From NCBI GenBank assembly GCA_964631415.1, contig CAZVZC010000008.1, positions 1 through 56,705 on the forward strand: a stretch of 56,705 nt of DNA, given 5' to 3'. Of this stretch, positions 8,473-17,587 are shown one piece after another. The first letter of the stretch is position 1, and each line of letters begins with the position of its first letter. The DNA is from an uncultured archaeon (GTDB lineage Archaea > Asgardarchaeota > Thorarchaeia > Thorarchaeales > Thorarchaeaceae). Under the pieces are notes generated by a model. That model had not been told where the DNA came from. It made no database searches and worked only from the letters and a program-made list of their open reading frames with translations. The position numbers were made by a program, and so were the translations under genes.

Positions 8473-9495
8473 CTATTCCTCCCATTCCTTTGTCCATGGG
8501 ACTATTGACCTGATGGCATCTACTACTGCATGAATGTTGTCCTCCGGGGTGTCCATTGGGATGTTGCAGCCAGGAGCCACAATCAGGCGTTCGAGCCCAG
8601 CCTCGTGTACAGCCGTTAAGACCTGCTCTTTCGCTTCATCACGTGAGCCTGTCTTCAACGGGCCATCATGGTCAATTCCCCCAAGGACTGCCCTTCTTGA
8701 CATTGTCTTTCCCTCTCTGAGTGTAGGGCCAACACGCTGGTCCTCCCAGCTCAGTCCGTCCAATCCGGGTGTGCGAGCAACTCTCTCGAGGGGGACAGTT
8801 TCAGCTCCCGCTCTTGCGTGGAGATGCATTATGATGAACTTGGCCCGGCGCTGGAGCCGCGCTATCAGCTTCAAGTTATACGGAAGAACGAACTCTTTGT
8901 ATTGATCTTCCGTGATTTCCGAGTCAGTCGAGCGCTCCGACACGATAAACAGGCCATCGGCGCCAGCATCGAGAGCGGCTCTTCCGAAGTCAATCATGAC
9001 TCCTGTGACCATCTCTAGGGCGCTCTTCATGATGTCTGGGCTCTCCACAATGTACTCCGCGAACTTCTCTTCACAGAGCCTGTCCGCGACAGCCGAAGAA
9101 TCCAAGACAGGGGCCATTGTCGGTACCTGTGCTTGGGCATACCTGTGTATGAGCTGCACGGCGCGAATCTGCTTGCCAAACTCACCCGCATTGACGTCTA
9201 AGGGCTCTAGCACTTCCCAGTCAGCGGAAGAACGCACGGCGTAGCTCTCACACTTGGTCGAACCTGTGACTGCACCATCATACACAGGTACGCAACCCCA
9301 GTCCACAACAGGATAGCAGTCATGAAAGCTGATCTTCATGAGATCGTGGTCGAACTGCCTGTGCAATGCTATCTCAGACTCGGCTAGCCCTTCTGGAGTG
9401 CGGTTTCTCTCCTGGTGATTCTTCCATATGGTGATTGGCACACTGTCGCCGACATTCCCCAAGAGAGTCTGCCTAATCAACTCAAATCGTGACAT
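8473..9495 (-). CDS. Uroporphyrinogen decarboxylase-like (URO-D/MtaA superfamily) protein
   Basis: DAGADGLFI, MHLH, GGID, IVAPGCNIP motifs. Confidence 0.8.
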   Translation of the reverse strand: MSRFELIRQTLLGNVGDSVPITIWKNHQERNRTPEGLAESEIALHRQFDHDLMKISFHDCYPVVDWGCVPVYDGAVTGSTKCESYAVRSSADWEVLEPLDVNAGEFGKQIRAVQLIHRYAQAQVPTMAPVLDSSAVADRLCEEKFAEYIVESPDIMKSALEMVTGVMIDFGRAALDAGADGLFIVSERSTDSEITEDQYKEFVLPYNLKLIARLQRRAKFIIMHLHARAGAETVPLERVARTPGLDGLSWEDQRVGPTLREGKTMSRRAVLGGIDHDGPLKTGSRDEAKEQVLTAVHEAGLERLIVAPGCNIPMDTPEDNIHAVVDAIRSIVPWTKEWEE

Positions 9496-9696
9496 CTATA
9501 GCATTGAAGCAGTCCCATCGATAATGAGGCTTTCGAATCGTAGCAGCCTACTTGTGACTAGCGCAAAAAGACTCGATTGACGCTGGCATCCCAAAGGCTG
9601 GCAGCCGTCGGGAGCAGATTGGTGGCCACGTCCACCAAAGATAAGAGAAGCCGGAGTTCCCGAAGACCCGCCCCCCGCGAACCTGGAGGATGCCAG

Positions 9697-10881
9697 TTGT
9701 CCGATCTGACTGCATTGTATAATCCCAAGGCGCTCCTCGAACTGCGAGGAGTTGATCAGCTTGATAGAATGAGAGCTGAACCGAACCCCTTTTGGAATAG
9801 AGCAAGGCTCGAGATTGCATGGGCCCTTCCAGTCATGTGTGGTTTGGTGGAGAGAGAGTCCATCTCACTGCAGCCCATGAGATTGGCAACAGGAGATGAG
9901 CTTAGACTATATCACGACTCGTCTTACGTTGAAACATTAGAGTTGTTTGGAAACATGGGCTACGCTTTCTCATCGCGTTTCGGACTTGACACCGATGACT
10001 GTCCGGTTTTCCCGGATGTTGACAAGTACGCAAGCTACCCCGTCGGTGCAACGGTTGATGCAGTGATGAGCGTGGCTAGCGGCAAGTTCCGTAATGCAAT
10101 GTCGTTCTTTGGTGGGTTCCATCACGCGATGGCAAGCATCGCTGCGGGTTTCTGCTACTACAATGATTGCGTGATCGCTCTGAAGAAGTATAGGCAGACG
10201 TATCCTAGCAAGAAGGTCCTGTACTTGGATACTGATGCCCATCATAGTGACGGTACGCAACAAGCCTTCTACTCAGACCGAAATGTATTGAAAATATCAA
10301 CACATGAGTATAGCATGGGCTTCTTCCCGGGGACGGGATCAGTGCAGGAGATTGGTGAGGGTGAAGGAAGGGGCTACTCAGTGAACATACCCCTGCCCCC
10401 TCTGACCGATGATGTGCAGTTCTGGAAGGCCTTCGAAGAGGTGATTGTACCGATTTGGGAGGCCTATAAGCCCGACTTCGTCTTCTGGGAGGTCGGCGGA
10501 GATGCGCATATGAAGGACCCCCTCACAGACCTAATGCTCACACTCGAAACATACCAGCGGCTGTCAATGGCAGTACAGCAGCTCGTCCATGCAGGCGGCA
10601 GCAGGCTAGTGGTCGTCGGAGGTGGCGGGTATGACCCGGTGGCAACAGCGAAGATCTGGACCCTAGTACTGGCGGATTTAGCAGGTGTTCCACTCCCGCC
10701 TGCCCTTCCGACCGAGTGGATCAAGCTATGCCGGAGGTATAATCATGAAGTGGAACGCCAAGGGTGGACTGACTCACCTGTACGCACAGACCCCGAACAC
10801 CGTCCGAATGTGCAAAGGGCAGTGGATGAAACCATCTCCTCAGTAAAGAAACTGGTTTTTCCCTTCTTTGGACTGAAATGA
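9697..10881 (+). CDS. AcuC/histone deacetylase-family Zn deacetylase
   Basis: GGFHHA, GFCYYND, DTDAHH, FFPGTG, GGGGY; TTG at 9697 after GGAGG. Confidence 0.9.
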   Translation: MSDLTALYNPKALLELRGVDQLDRMRAEPNPFWNRARLEIAWALPVMCGLVERESISLQPMRLATGDELRLYHDSSYVETLELFGNMGYAFSSRFGLDTDDCPVFPDVDKYASYPVGATVDAVMSVASGKFRNAMSFFGGFHHAMASIAAGFCYYNDCVIALKKYRQTYPSKKVLYLDTDAHHSDGTQQAFYSDRNVLKISTHEYSMGFFPGTGSVQEIGEGEGRGYSVNIPLPPLTDDVQFWKAFEEVIVPIWEAYKPDFVFWEVGGDAHMKDPLTDLMLTLETYQRLSMAVQQLVHAGGSRLVVVGGGGYDPVATAKIWTLVLADLAGVPLPPALPTEWIKLCRRYNHEVERQGWTDSPVRTDPEHRPNVQRAVDETISSVKKLVFPFFGLK

Positions 10882-10925
10882 TCCAATGGCCTACAATGTG
10901 TTTGGTTTGGGAATTCGTCGGCAGA

Positions 10926-11564
10926 TTAGCCACCATGGCGGTTTCTCTTGACCCCTAAGAAGCATCTATGCCTTGTGTCATCTATGTACATCTCTAGGAC
11001 GTCGAACGAACTGAAGACCGTACGTATCTCTTCCTCAGTGAAGTAGTGGTGTAGCAGGCCACTTTCAGGGCCTGCATGAGGAAGGTATGTATCCTTCTCA
11101 ATCAGCTCCAGCGCCCAGTCCTCTCTAGAGCGATACTCGGTCATTGTCGATACAGTTATGAAAAGCAGACCTTCGGGCTTTAGAACTCTGTCAATCTCTC
11201 GGACCGTCTTCAGGGTGTCCTTCATCAGATTGTGGTGAATCACTTGTGTGGAAATGATAGCATCGAAGAATGTATCGGCATACGGGAAACGATTCTCCAT
11301 CCTGTGCAGTCTTAGGTCTGCTTCAAGACCTTCCTCGTGCAACCATTGATGAGCTATAGACAACGCCCGAGGTGATGCATCGAAGCCGTACACCTCGAAT
11401 CCGCGCTTCGATAAGAATACGAGATGTCGTCCGGTCCCACAACCCAAGTCCAAGACTCTGCGAACGCCTTTGTCACAGAACAGATCGGCAATCCTAGCCA
11501 TGTCCTTATGGGGTTCTGTGAAGAACTTGCCCCTTTCACCGAATATCTGTTCCCAATCTGGCAT
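10926..11564 (-). CDS. Class I SAM-dependent methyltransferase
   Basis: VLDLGCGTGRH, FD, RVLKPEG. Confidence 0.9.
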   Translation of the reverse strand: MPDWEQIFGERGKFFTEPHKDMARIADLFCDKGVRRVLDLGCGTGRHLVFLSKRGFEVYGFDASPRALSIAHQWLHEEGLEADLRLHRMENRFPYADTFFDAIISTQVIHHNLMKDTLKTVREIDRVLKPEGLLFITVSTMTEYRSREDWALELIEKDTYLPHAGPESGLLHHYFTEEEIRTVFSSFDVLEMYIDDTRHRCFLGVKRNRHGG

Positions 11565-11671
11565 CGGGGTACAAGATATCTGTGAGCGTGATATGGATTT
11601 CTATCCCTCAGATTCGTACTAGATAAATGGGGGATTGACAATAGTCAGGGTTCACTTAGGAGAAGCAGTCC

Positions 11672-13387
11672 ATGTCAAGATTCCGCCCAAGGTATGTCAT
11701 ACTGATACTCAGTGTGGTTCTGATCCTAACCGGCACCGCCACAGCATCTGTGATCCAAGGAGGGCTTGGCACTGTCGCTGTGACTGAGGTCGACTTCCGG
11801 GCAGCTGATGGCTCCAACATACACAGTACCCTCCAGAGGCCTACCTACGCCACGAATTCGAATCCGCTTCCAGCCGTGGTTGTCATTCATGGTGTGATCC
11901 AGAGCAAAGAATGGCTGATGGCCTTTGGTATCGAGTTGGCCCGACGAGGATTTGTCGTACTGACAATCGATGCGAACGGGCATGGCAACTCAGATCCGGG
12001 CACGGGTGCAGGGACTGCTGCACTAGAGTTTCTGACCACACTCGACTATGTCAATGCGTCCTCCATCGGTATCATCGGTCATAGCATGGGAGGAGGAATT
12101 GCTTGGACTGCCATTCAGAACTCACCAGTCACTGTGAGTGCGCTGGTCATAGTAGGCAGCCCTGTATCTACTACTGCTAACACAACGTATCCTAGAAACA
12201 TGCTTGTTGCAGTAGGCGAGTTTGATTCACTCGTGCGTTACTCCACAAACCGGACTAGTCTGCAGAAGTCATTCGGTCACGCAGACATCGAAGCAGGAAC
12301 CATCTATGGTGACTTCAGAAACGGGACTGCTCGCGAACTCTTCATTGCCCGTACAAACCATCTGTTCGAAACAGTGAACCCACAGATTGTGAGTGAGAGT
12401 GTGGAGTGGATGAAGGACAGTCTGAAGGGAGGAGCAGAGGACACACATTGGCTTCAGAAGACAGACCTTATCTATCCATATTGGCTGGCAGGGGGATTCC
12501 TAAGCCTCCTTGGCGCACTTCTGTCGGTCTTTCCGTTGCTGGCAATCATCATCGAGCTCCCCGTCTTCACTAGTCTGAAACATACGCCAACTGTCGAGAA
12601 CCCGGCAAGTAGCAAGTCGTATGTCATTCGGGGACTTGTTTACGGTGCGATTGGTCTGGGGACGTTCTTCCCTCTCTTAGCAGTTGGCGCGTTAGCGGAG
12701 GGATTGATTCACCCGCTGCAGAGCTACGGTCTTGCGGTGAGCATGTGGATTCTGGGAAGTGCACTGATTGCCGCTCTAGTTCTTTGGCGGTTCCCTCGAT
12801 CTGGCGTCAGCCTCAAATCCCTCATCAGCATAGACGACGGTTCTGAAGTACCATTCCGAAAGCTCGTGAAGACTCTTCTGTTGGCCCTGTCTGTGACCGT
12901 CTGGCTCTATGCATGGACCCTCTTGGTTGACCTAGGTTTCGCACTCGACATCCGGTGTTTTCTCCCCGGGTTTAACGACCTCATGCCAGCTCGTGCTCTA
13001 GTAGCACCGCTGTATTTTGTAGTGTTCTTCGTCTACTTCCTGATTGATGGGTTCTGGTTGATGGGAGTGTTAAGGACTGGGGCGAAGCAGACTTGGGGTC
13101 GTACACAGTTGAACTGGACTCTCAGAGCTATGTTCATCAAGTGCATCCCGTACTTTGCCATCGTGGCACTTGAGTACGGCATCGGCCTGATCACGGGCAT
13201 GCCAATCATCAGCGGGTACGCAGGTTTCTCTCTCCTGTTCTTCTATGCCTTCACCCCGTATTTCGCAGTCAGCGCTGTCGTCACGGTGTGGGGCCACCAC
13301 CTCACAGACCGTTACTACCTTGGTGCTGCAATCAACGCCATGCTATTCGCGTGGGTTCTAGCGGCAGCTCTTCCCATTCCAGCTTAG
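11672..13387 (+). CDS. Membrane-anchored alpha/beta hydrolase with multi-TM C-terminus
   Basis: N-terminal signal/TM, VVIHG, GHSMGG, many C-terminal TM helices. Confidence 0.85.
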   Translation: MSRFRPRYVILILSVVLILTGTATASVIQGGLGTVAVTEVDFRAADGSNIHSTLQRPTYATNSNPLPAVVVIHGVIQSKEWLMAFGIELARRGFVVLTIDANGHGNSDPGTGAGTAALEFLTTLDYVNASSIGIIGHSMGGGIAWTAIQNSPVTVSALVIVGSPVSTTANTTYPRNMLVAVGEFDSLVRYSTNRTSLQKSFGHADIEAGTIYGDFRNGTARELFIARTNHLFETVNPQIVSESVEWMKDSLKGGAEDTHWLQKTDLIYPYWLAGGFLSLLGALLSVFPLLAIIIELPVFTSLKHTPTVENPASSKSYVIRGLVYGAIGLGTFFPLLAVGALAEGLIHPLQSYGLAVSMWILGSALIAALVLWRFPRSGVSLKSLISIDDGSEVPFRKLVKTLLLALSVTVWLYAWTLLVDLGFALDIRCFLPGFNDLMPARALVAPLYFVVFFVYFLIDGFWLMGVLRTGAKQTWGRTQLNWTLRAMFIKCIPYFAIVALEYGIGLITGMPIISGYAGFSLLFFYAFTPYFAVSAVVTVWGHHLTDRYYLGAAINAMLFAWVLAAALPIPA

Positions 13388-13422
13388 GGACAGTGTAGGA
13401 AAGTAGTCAGACTAGGAAATCT

Positions 13423-14358
13423 TCAAGCGGCCGGCCGGGTCTTCTGATCCGCAGCTGGCCCTTGCACTTCTGGATGTGTGAACAGCCACTCTAAGAGCCC
13501 GGTTCCCCTCTGACCCAACCCCTGGCACTCGTGGACTGCCATCTCTTCGTAGAGCTCAGTCGTACCGCCCGGAAACGGACGAGAGAATCTGACAAAAGCA
13601 GTAGGTGATATCATTGCTGAGCGCAAGGTGTAGCATGAGCCATCTGCTCCGTGAACGTGTGTAATGGCTTGGATGGGGATACGTGCTTCTCCACTCGCAA
13701 ACTCAGTTTCAAGCTCAACCTCCGAGATTGGGATGTGCCCCTTGTCTGAAGATATGCCACCTGATGCATGCGCCTGACTTTTCACCATGTCACGTCTGAG
13801 CCCTATCGAGAATGTTTCGAACTGTGCATGAAGCGCAAACCAGCCCTCGATGTGCCAATCACGTGCACCCCAGCTCTTGTCGCGCTCGCCAAGGCCTTTC
13901 AGCTTGATCAGACCGCCCTCTCCAAGCTCGACCTTGCCAGTGACACGACCAGACTGCTCGAAGTGACCCGCCCAAGACGTACCACTTCCCGTGCCGAAGT
14001 TGTATGCCGGGTAGCGGGCCTTCCACTTCAGGTCCGCAGTGAGGCCGGCTCCAGCAAAACTGATCCTCCACTCACGAAGAGGTTTGATGAGCTCGAAGCT
14101 CAGGTGGCCATCAGAGAGAGACTCGGCGAGGCCCTTGGGGACTGCGCCAGAAGGCTCGACATAATAGACTTCACGTTTGTCATCGTGGAAGAGAACAAAG
14201 ACGAACTCTCGCTTGGCGGCGTTAGGTAGAAGGCCGATGGTTGAGAAACCGGACACCTTCGACTCCGAGTCGACAAAGTTGAAGTAGTAGCTCTCGCGCC
14301 AGTCTGGACGCTCAGACGGCGAATGGGCAGATTCATCAGTTTCGCCAGGTCTACTCAT
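13423..14358 (-). CDS. AttH/CrtC/tocopherol-cyclase-like beta-barrel protein (DUF7064/7065-like)
   Basis: WRESYYFNF, HFEQSGRVTG, GERDKSWGARDW motifs. Confidence 0.65.
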   Translation of the reverse strand: MSRPGETDESAHSPSERPDWRESYYFNFVDSESKVSGFSTIGLLPNAAKREFVFVLFHDDKREVYYVEPSGAVPKGLAESLSDGHLSFELIKPLREWRISFAGAGLTADLKWKARYPAYNFGTGSGTSWAGHFEQSGRVTGKVELGEGGLIKLKGLGERDKSWGARDWHIEGWFALHAQFETFSIGLRRDMVKSQAHASGGISSDKGHIPISEVELETEFASGEARIPIQAITHVHGADGSCYTLRSAMISPTAFVRFSRPFPGGTTELYEEMAVHECQGLGQRGTGLLEWLFTHPEVQGPAADQKTRPAA

Positions 14359-14387
14359 GTGACATCACTTCCGTACGTTTGGCTGCA

Positions 14388-15554
14388 CTACTCTGGGAGT
14401 AGGTAGAGCGTTGGGTCCTTTTCCTGCTCCTCCGGCTCACGAAACATCCTGAAGAATGCCGGGTCTGCGTCGACCTCCATAAACCTCGGGAGATACTCGT
14501 CTATCACAGAGGGTGAGAGGCCCCAGTCTATCTTCTTGGTTATGCCCACCTGATTCGTGAACCTTGCGAATCCACGCCAGTATGCGGTGGCTCCGGCAAT
14601 GAGAAGCTTCTTCCGATCCCATTCTGCGAACTTCATGTAGAGCTCTGCTTGAGCAGCATCTGCCGCTTCCGCATATGCAGATAGCTCGTCAAGACCAATC
14701 GGGACCACCTTGCCGGTGCGTTTCCTGTAGACGCCCATCTTAGTCACGAGCTTGGAGTAGTCACCAGGCTCCACGGTCATTGTGCCCACATCGTTGAAAG
14801 TCACGCTTGCGCCCCTGAGTGTCATGGCGACACCCAAAGTGGAAGATGGAAGCTTGGCATCGGTCTTGGACCAAGGAAGCCAGAGATCACCGGTCCCATC
14901 GTACAGGTTCGTGTATTCTGAAACGACTAGAATCTCGCCGCCGTCCAGTGGATAGGGTCCATGGTCGATTATCTTCGCGCGCGCCTCACATTCTTCCATG
15001 AACGCGTATAGGTCAACAGACGCTATTGCGCGTCTGGCCTTTGCGGCCTTTTCCTCGGTGACGGGCTGGAGGTGATCCACCAGCCAACTGATGGTCTTCT
15101 TGTCAAAGGCCAAGTTCGTGCCACCTGACGCCGCTACCGTTGGCTTCCCTGTGTTGAAGTAGTTGGTCGCAAGCCTGTACCAATTATCAAGCATGAAGAG
15201 CCATTGTGTGCGTTTCTCTTTGGGCTCCTTGGATACGTCGCCCCCATACTTGTTGAAGATGGCACCCATCCTAGCTAGAGAGTAATAGAGCCAAAGGTAG
15301 GTTGTGGAAAGAGCTTGAACCTCTGAGAGCAGAGTCTTACTCTTCTTTGCCAGCTCCTCCGGTGTTGTCTTCTGCCAGACCTGCTTCATGACATCATACA
15401 GACAGGCGTACGTCTGATAGAAGCCAACGCATATGTAAGCATTCACGGGGAAGAGCTTAGACTCTAGAAGCCCCCTCTCCATCAGGATGTTTGTGAAGAC
15501 CGAGGAGAGGTGATTTATCTGTTTGTTTGCGTCCCGAATCTGCAACAAAAACAC
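14388..15554 (-). CDS. Hypothetical protein, 388 aa (candidate substrate-binding subunit of the split dikinase)
   Basis: Long clean ORF with no family I recognise; divergent from the PEP-utilising modules. Confidence 0.75.
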   Translation of the reverse strand: MFLLQIRDANKQINHLSSVFTNILMERGLLESKLFPVNAYICVGFYQTYACLYDVMKQVWQKTTPEELAKKSKTLLSEVQALSTTYLWLYYSLARMGAIFNKYGGDVSKEPKEKRTQWLFMLDNWYRLATNYFNTGKPTVAASGGTNLAFDKKTISWLVDHLQPVTEEKAAKARRAIASVDLYAFMEECEARAKIIDHGPYPLDGGEILVVSEYTNLYDGTGDLWLPWSKTDAKLPSSTLGVAMTLRGASVTFNDVGTMTVEPGDYSKLVTKMGVYRKRTGKVVPIGLDELSAYAEAADAAQAELYMKFAEWDRKKLLIAGATAYWRGFARFTNQVGITKKIDWGLSPSVIDEYLPRFMEVDADPAFFRMFREPEEQEKDPTLYLLPE

Positions 15555-15766
15555 AGCTCCACGCGACAGTCTTGAAAACGGATTGGAGTGGCTCCGGCCC
15601 TGTGGCAGATATTAAGTGTTTCAGACGCGTGACACATCTGTATCGGCATCTTTCGATAAACCATCGGTGATTTGGCATCCTAGCGATACACGGTAAGCTA
15701 AGATGCACGAGTCTTTTAAGACCTGACCCGGCCTAGCGCCGAGAAAGCGTCTGGTGGCCTGCTGAG

Positions 15767-16117
15767 TTGAGAAGAGTCGGAAGAGGGCTCATCACCCTGA
15801 GACTCAGTGCGGAAGGAGAACTGCGCGTCGTGACATCGATTCAGGACGTGATTAAGCTATGGAAGGAGGGACCAGACGGCAAGATTGTCCTCGTTGAGGA
15901 CGCAGGCACAACGACGTTGGCGCCAGTGCTCCCGAAACTGGCAGGAGTCGTCTGCACATCAGGGGCTCTCGGCTCTCACTTAGCCATTGTCACCCGAGAG
16001 CTTCAGATTCCTGCGTTGATGGGCACCAAACTGGAAACAACTGAGAGCCTTGACCGCAAAAGAGTGACTATCCAACCAGATGAAGGGGCCGGTGGCGTGC
16101 TCCTGCTATCGGAGTGA
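15767..16117 (+). CDS. Stand-alone PEP-utilising enzyme mobile (phospho-His swivel) domain
   Basis: GVVCTSGALGSHLAIVTRELQIPA matches the (T/S)SH(A)AIVARExGIPA signature. Confidence 0.88.
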   Translation: MRRVGRGLITLRLSAEGELRVVTSIQDVIKLWKEGPDGKIVLVEDAGTTTLAPVLPKLAGVVCTSGALGSHLAIVTRELQIPALMGTKLETTESLDRKRVTIQPDEGAGGVLLLSE

Positions 16118-16170
16118 TATGTGCTGTGGTGCGCCGAAGAGAGAGGGGTTCCTCAGGAGGGAAGTCAGAC

Positions 16171-17196
16171 TTGGAAACAGCACATCCAGATCACGGTCTG
16201 GCTGATTCTCCGCCTCCCCGCCGGTTTCATTCGGTCACGTTCTTGGAACACATAGGTCAAGATGAGTATGAGAAGCTCGGTGGCAAGGCAGTGAACCTTG
16301 GGCGGCTCCATCATGCTGGTATCGACGTCCCGAACGGGTTCACGATCTCCTGTGACTGCTTTACAGAGTTCTTGGAAAAAGTGCCTCGATCGCGAGAGGT
16401 GCTGCAACGTCTAGAGGCCTCGACCGACATCGAGGAGATTTTGGATGCCGCGACAGAGCTTGAGCGGCTTGGGGGACAGTGCAAGATGGCCAAGAGGATT
16501 AGAGAGGAGATCACTGCTGCCTTCTTGCAGCTCGACGAGAGAGGAGGCAGCCACGACACGAGGTATGCAGTCCGATCCTCAGCCAACATAGAAGATGGAA
16601 GGCAGGTTTCGTTCGCAGGACAGGCGGAGAGCTTCCTATGCGTGAATGGAGTTGAGAACATCATCGACGCTGTGAAGAAGACATGGCAGTCAGCCATTTC
16701 CTCACGCTCTGTCCTGTATCTTCACAGCAGGGGTATCAGAATCAATAGAGTAGCAATGGGTGTCATTGTACAGGAGATGATTACGGCAGAGGTTTCTGGT
16801 GTCATGTTTACGGCCAATACAGTGACGAGTGACCCCAGCCAGATGATTGTGGAATCCACTTGGGGGCTAGGAGAGCCCTTGGTTTCAGGAAAGATAGTAC
16901 CTGACACCTATGTGCTCAGTAAGAATCCTATGGGAGTGATACAGCGAACACTTGGTTCAAAGGCTGTCACAGCTGTGCCTAGTAGAACTGGCGGAAGAGA
17001 ACGCGTACTGCTCGAGGCAACCCCACAGAGCAAGCAGGAAGCTTTCGCACTGGGCAATCGGGAGATACTCAGGATTGCGCGCAAGGGCTTGGAGATTGAG
17101 CAGATTCTAGGCTGCCCTCAGGACATAGAGTGGTGTATTGATGGCCCTCGCCTTGTTGTGGTTCAAGCACGGCCGATAACTACTCTTCAACCCTGA
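16171..17196 (+). CDS. Stand-alone PEP synthase/PPDK N-terminal ATP-grasp domain
   Basis: GGKAVNLG, AVRSSANIED..SFAGQ, SGVMFT, WGLGE, QDIEW, QARPITT then stop; TTG at 16171 after GGAGG. Confidence 0.9.
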   Translation: METAHPDHGLADSPPPRRFHSVTFLEHIGQDEYEKLGGKAVNLGRLHHAGIDVPNGFTISCDCFTEFLEKVPRSREVLQRLEASTDIEEILDAATELERLGGQCKMAKRIREEITAAFLQLDERGGSHDTRYAVRSSANIEDGRQVSFAGQAESFLCVNGVENIIDAVKKTWQSAISSRSVLYLHSRGIRINRVAMGVIVQEMITAEVSGVMFTANTVTSDPSQMIVESTWGLGEPLVSGKIVPDTYVLSKNPMGVIQRTLGSKAVTAVPSRTGGRERVLLEATPQSKQEAFALGNREILRIARKGLEIEQILGCPQDIEWCIDGPRLVVVQARPITTLQP

Positions 17197-17291
17197 ACAA
17201 GGCAAGCGTAGGTTCGCGGTCAGATGCACAGCCATGCGACTGAACACTCGCCATTTGATTGATTCGTCGGTACCTAGCTCCATGGCAATGC

Positions 17292-17585
17292 CTAGGGCTG
17301 GCGCATTTGATACAGAGACCGCTCGGCTTTGACTGTGATTGCCTGTTCAGGGCACACCTCTGCGCATCTCATGCATCCAGTGCACATACAGGGCCAAACA
17401 GGCGTCACTAACCATCGCTCCGGGTTGTAGGGGTCTTTATGCTCCTCAAGCGTTGGGTGCATCAGAAACACTGCCGGGTCACAGACATTCATGCACTTCC
17501 TGCACTCTCTGGGGTCCATCTTTGCATTAGGACCACACTTCTTGTAGTCAATCTTGATCTTTGTCTTGTCCATCCAGTTCACCAC
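17292..17585 (-). CDS. 4Fe-4S dicluster ferredoxin
   Basis: CRKCMNVC and CTGCMRCAEVCP. Confidence 0.85.
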   Translation of the reverse strand: MVNWMDKTKIKIDYKKCGPNAKMDPRECRKCMNVCDPAVFLMHPTLEEHKDPYNPERWLVTPVWPCMCTGCMRCAEVCPEQAITVKAERSLYQMRQP

Positions 17586-17587
17586 CC

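Noticed and set aside
5985-8497. Integrated element at tRNA-Leu (polX nearby)
   Set aside because: No integrase, att duplication or obvious compositional shift seen; PolX-PHP is commonly chromosomal
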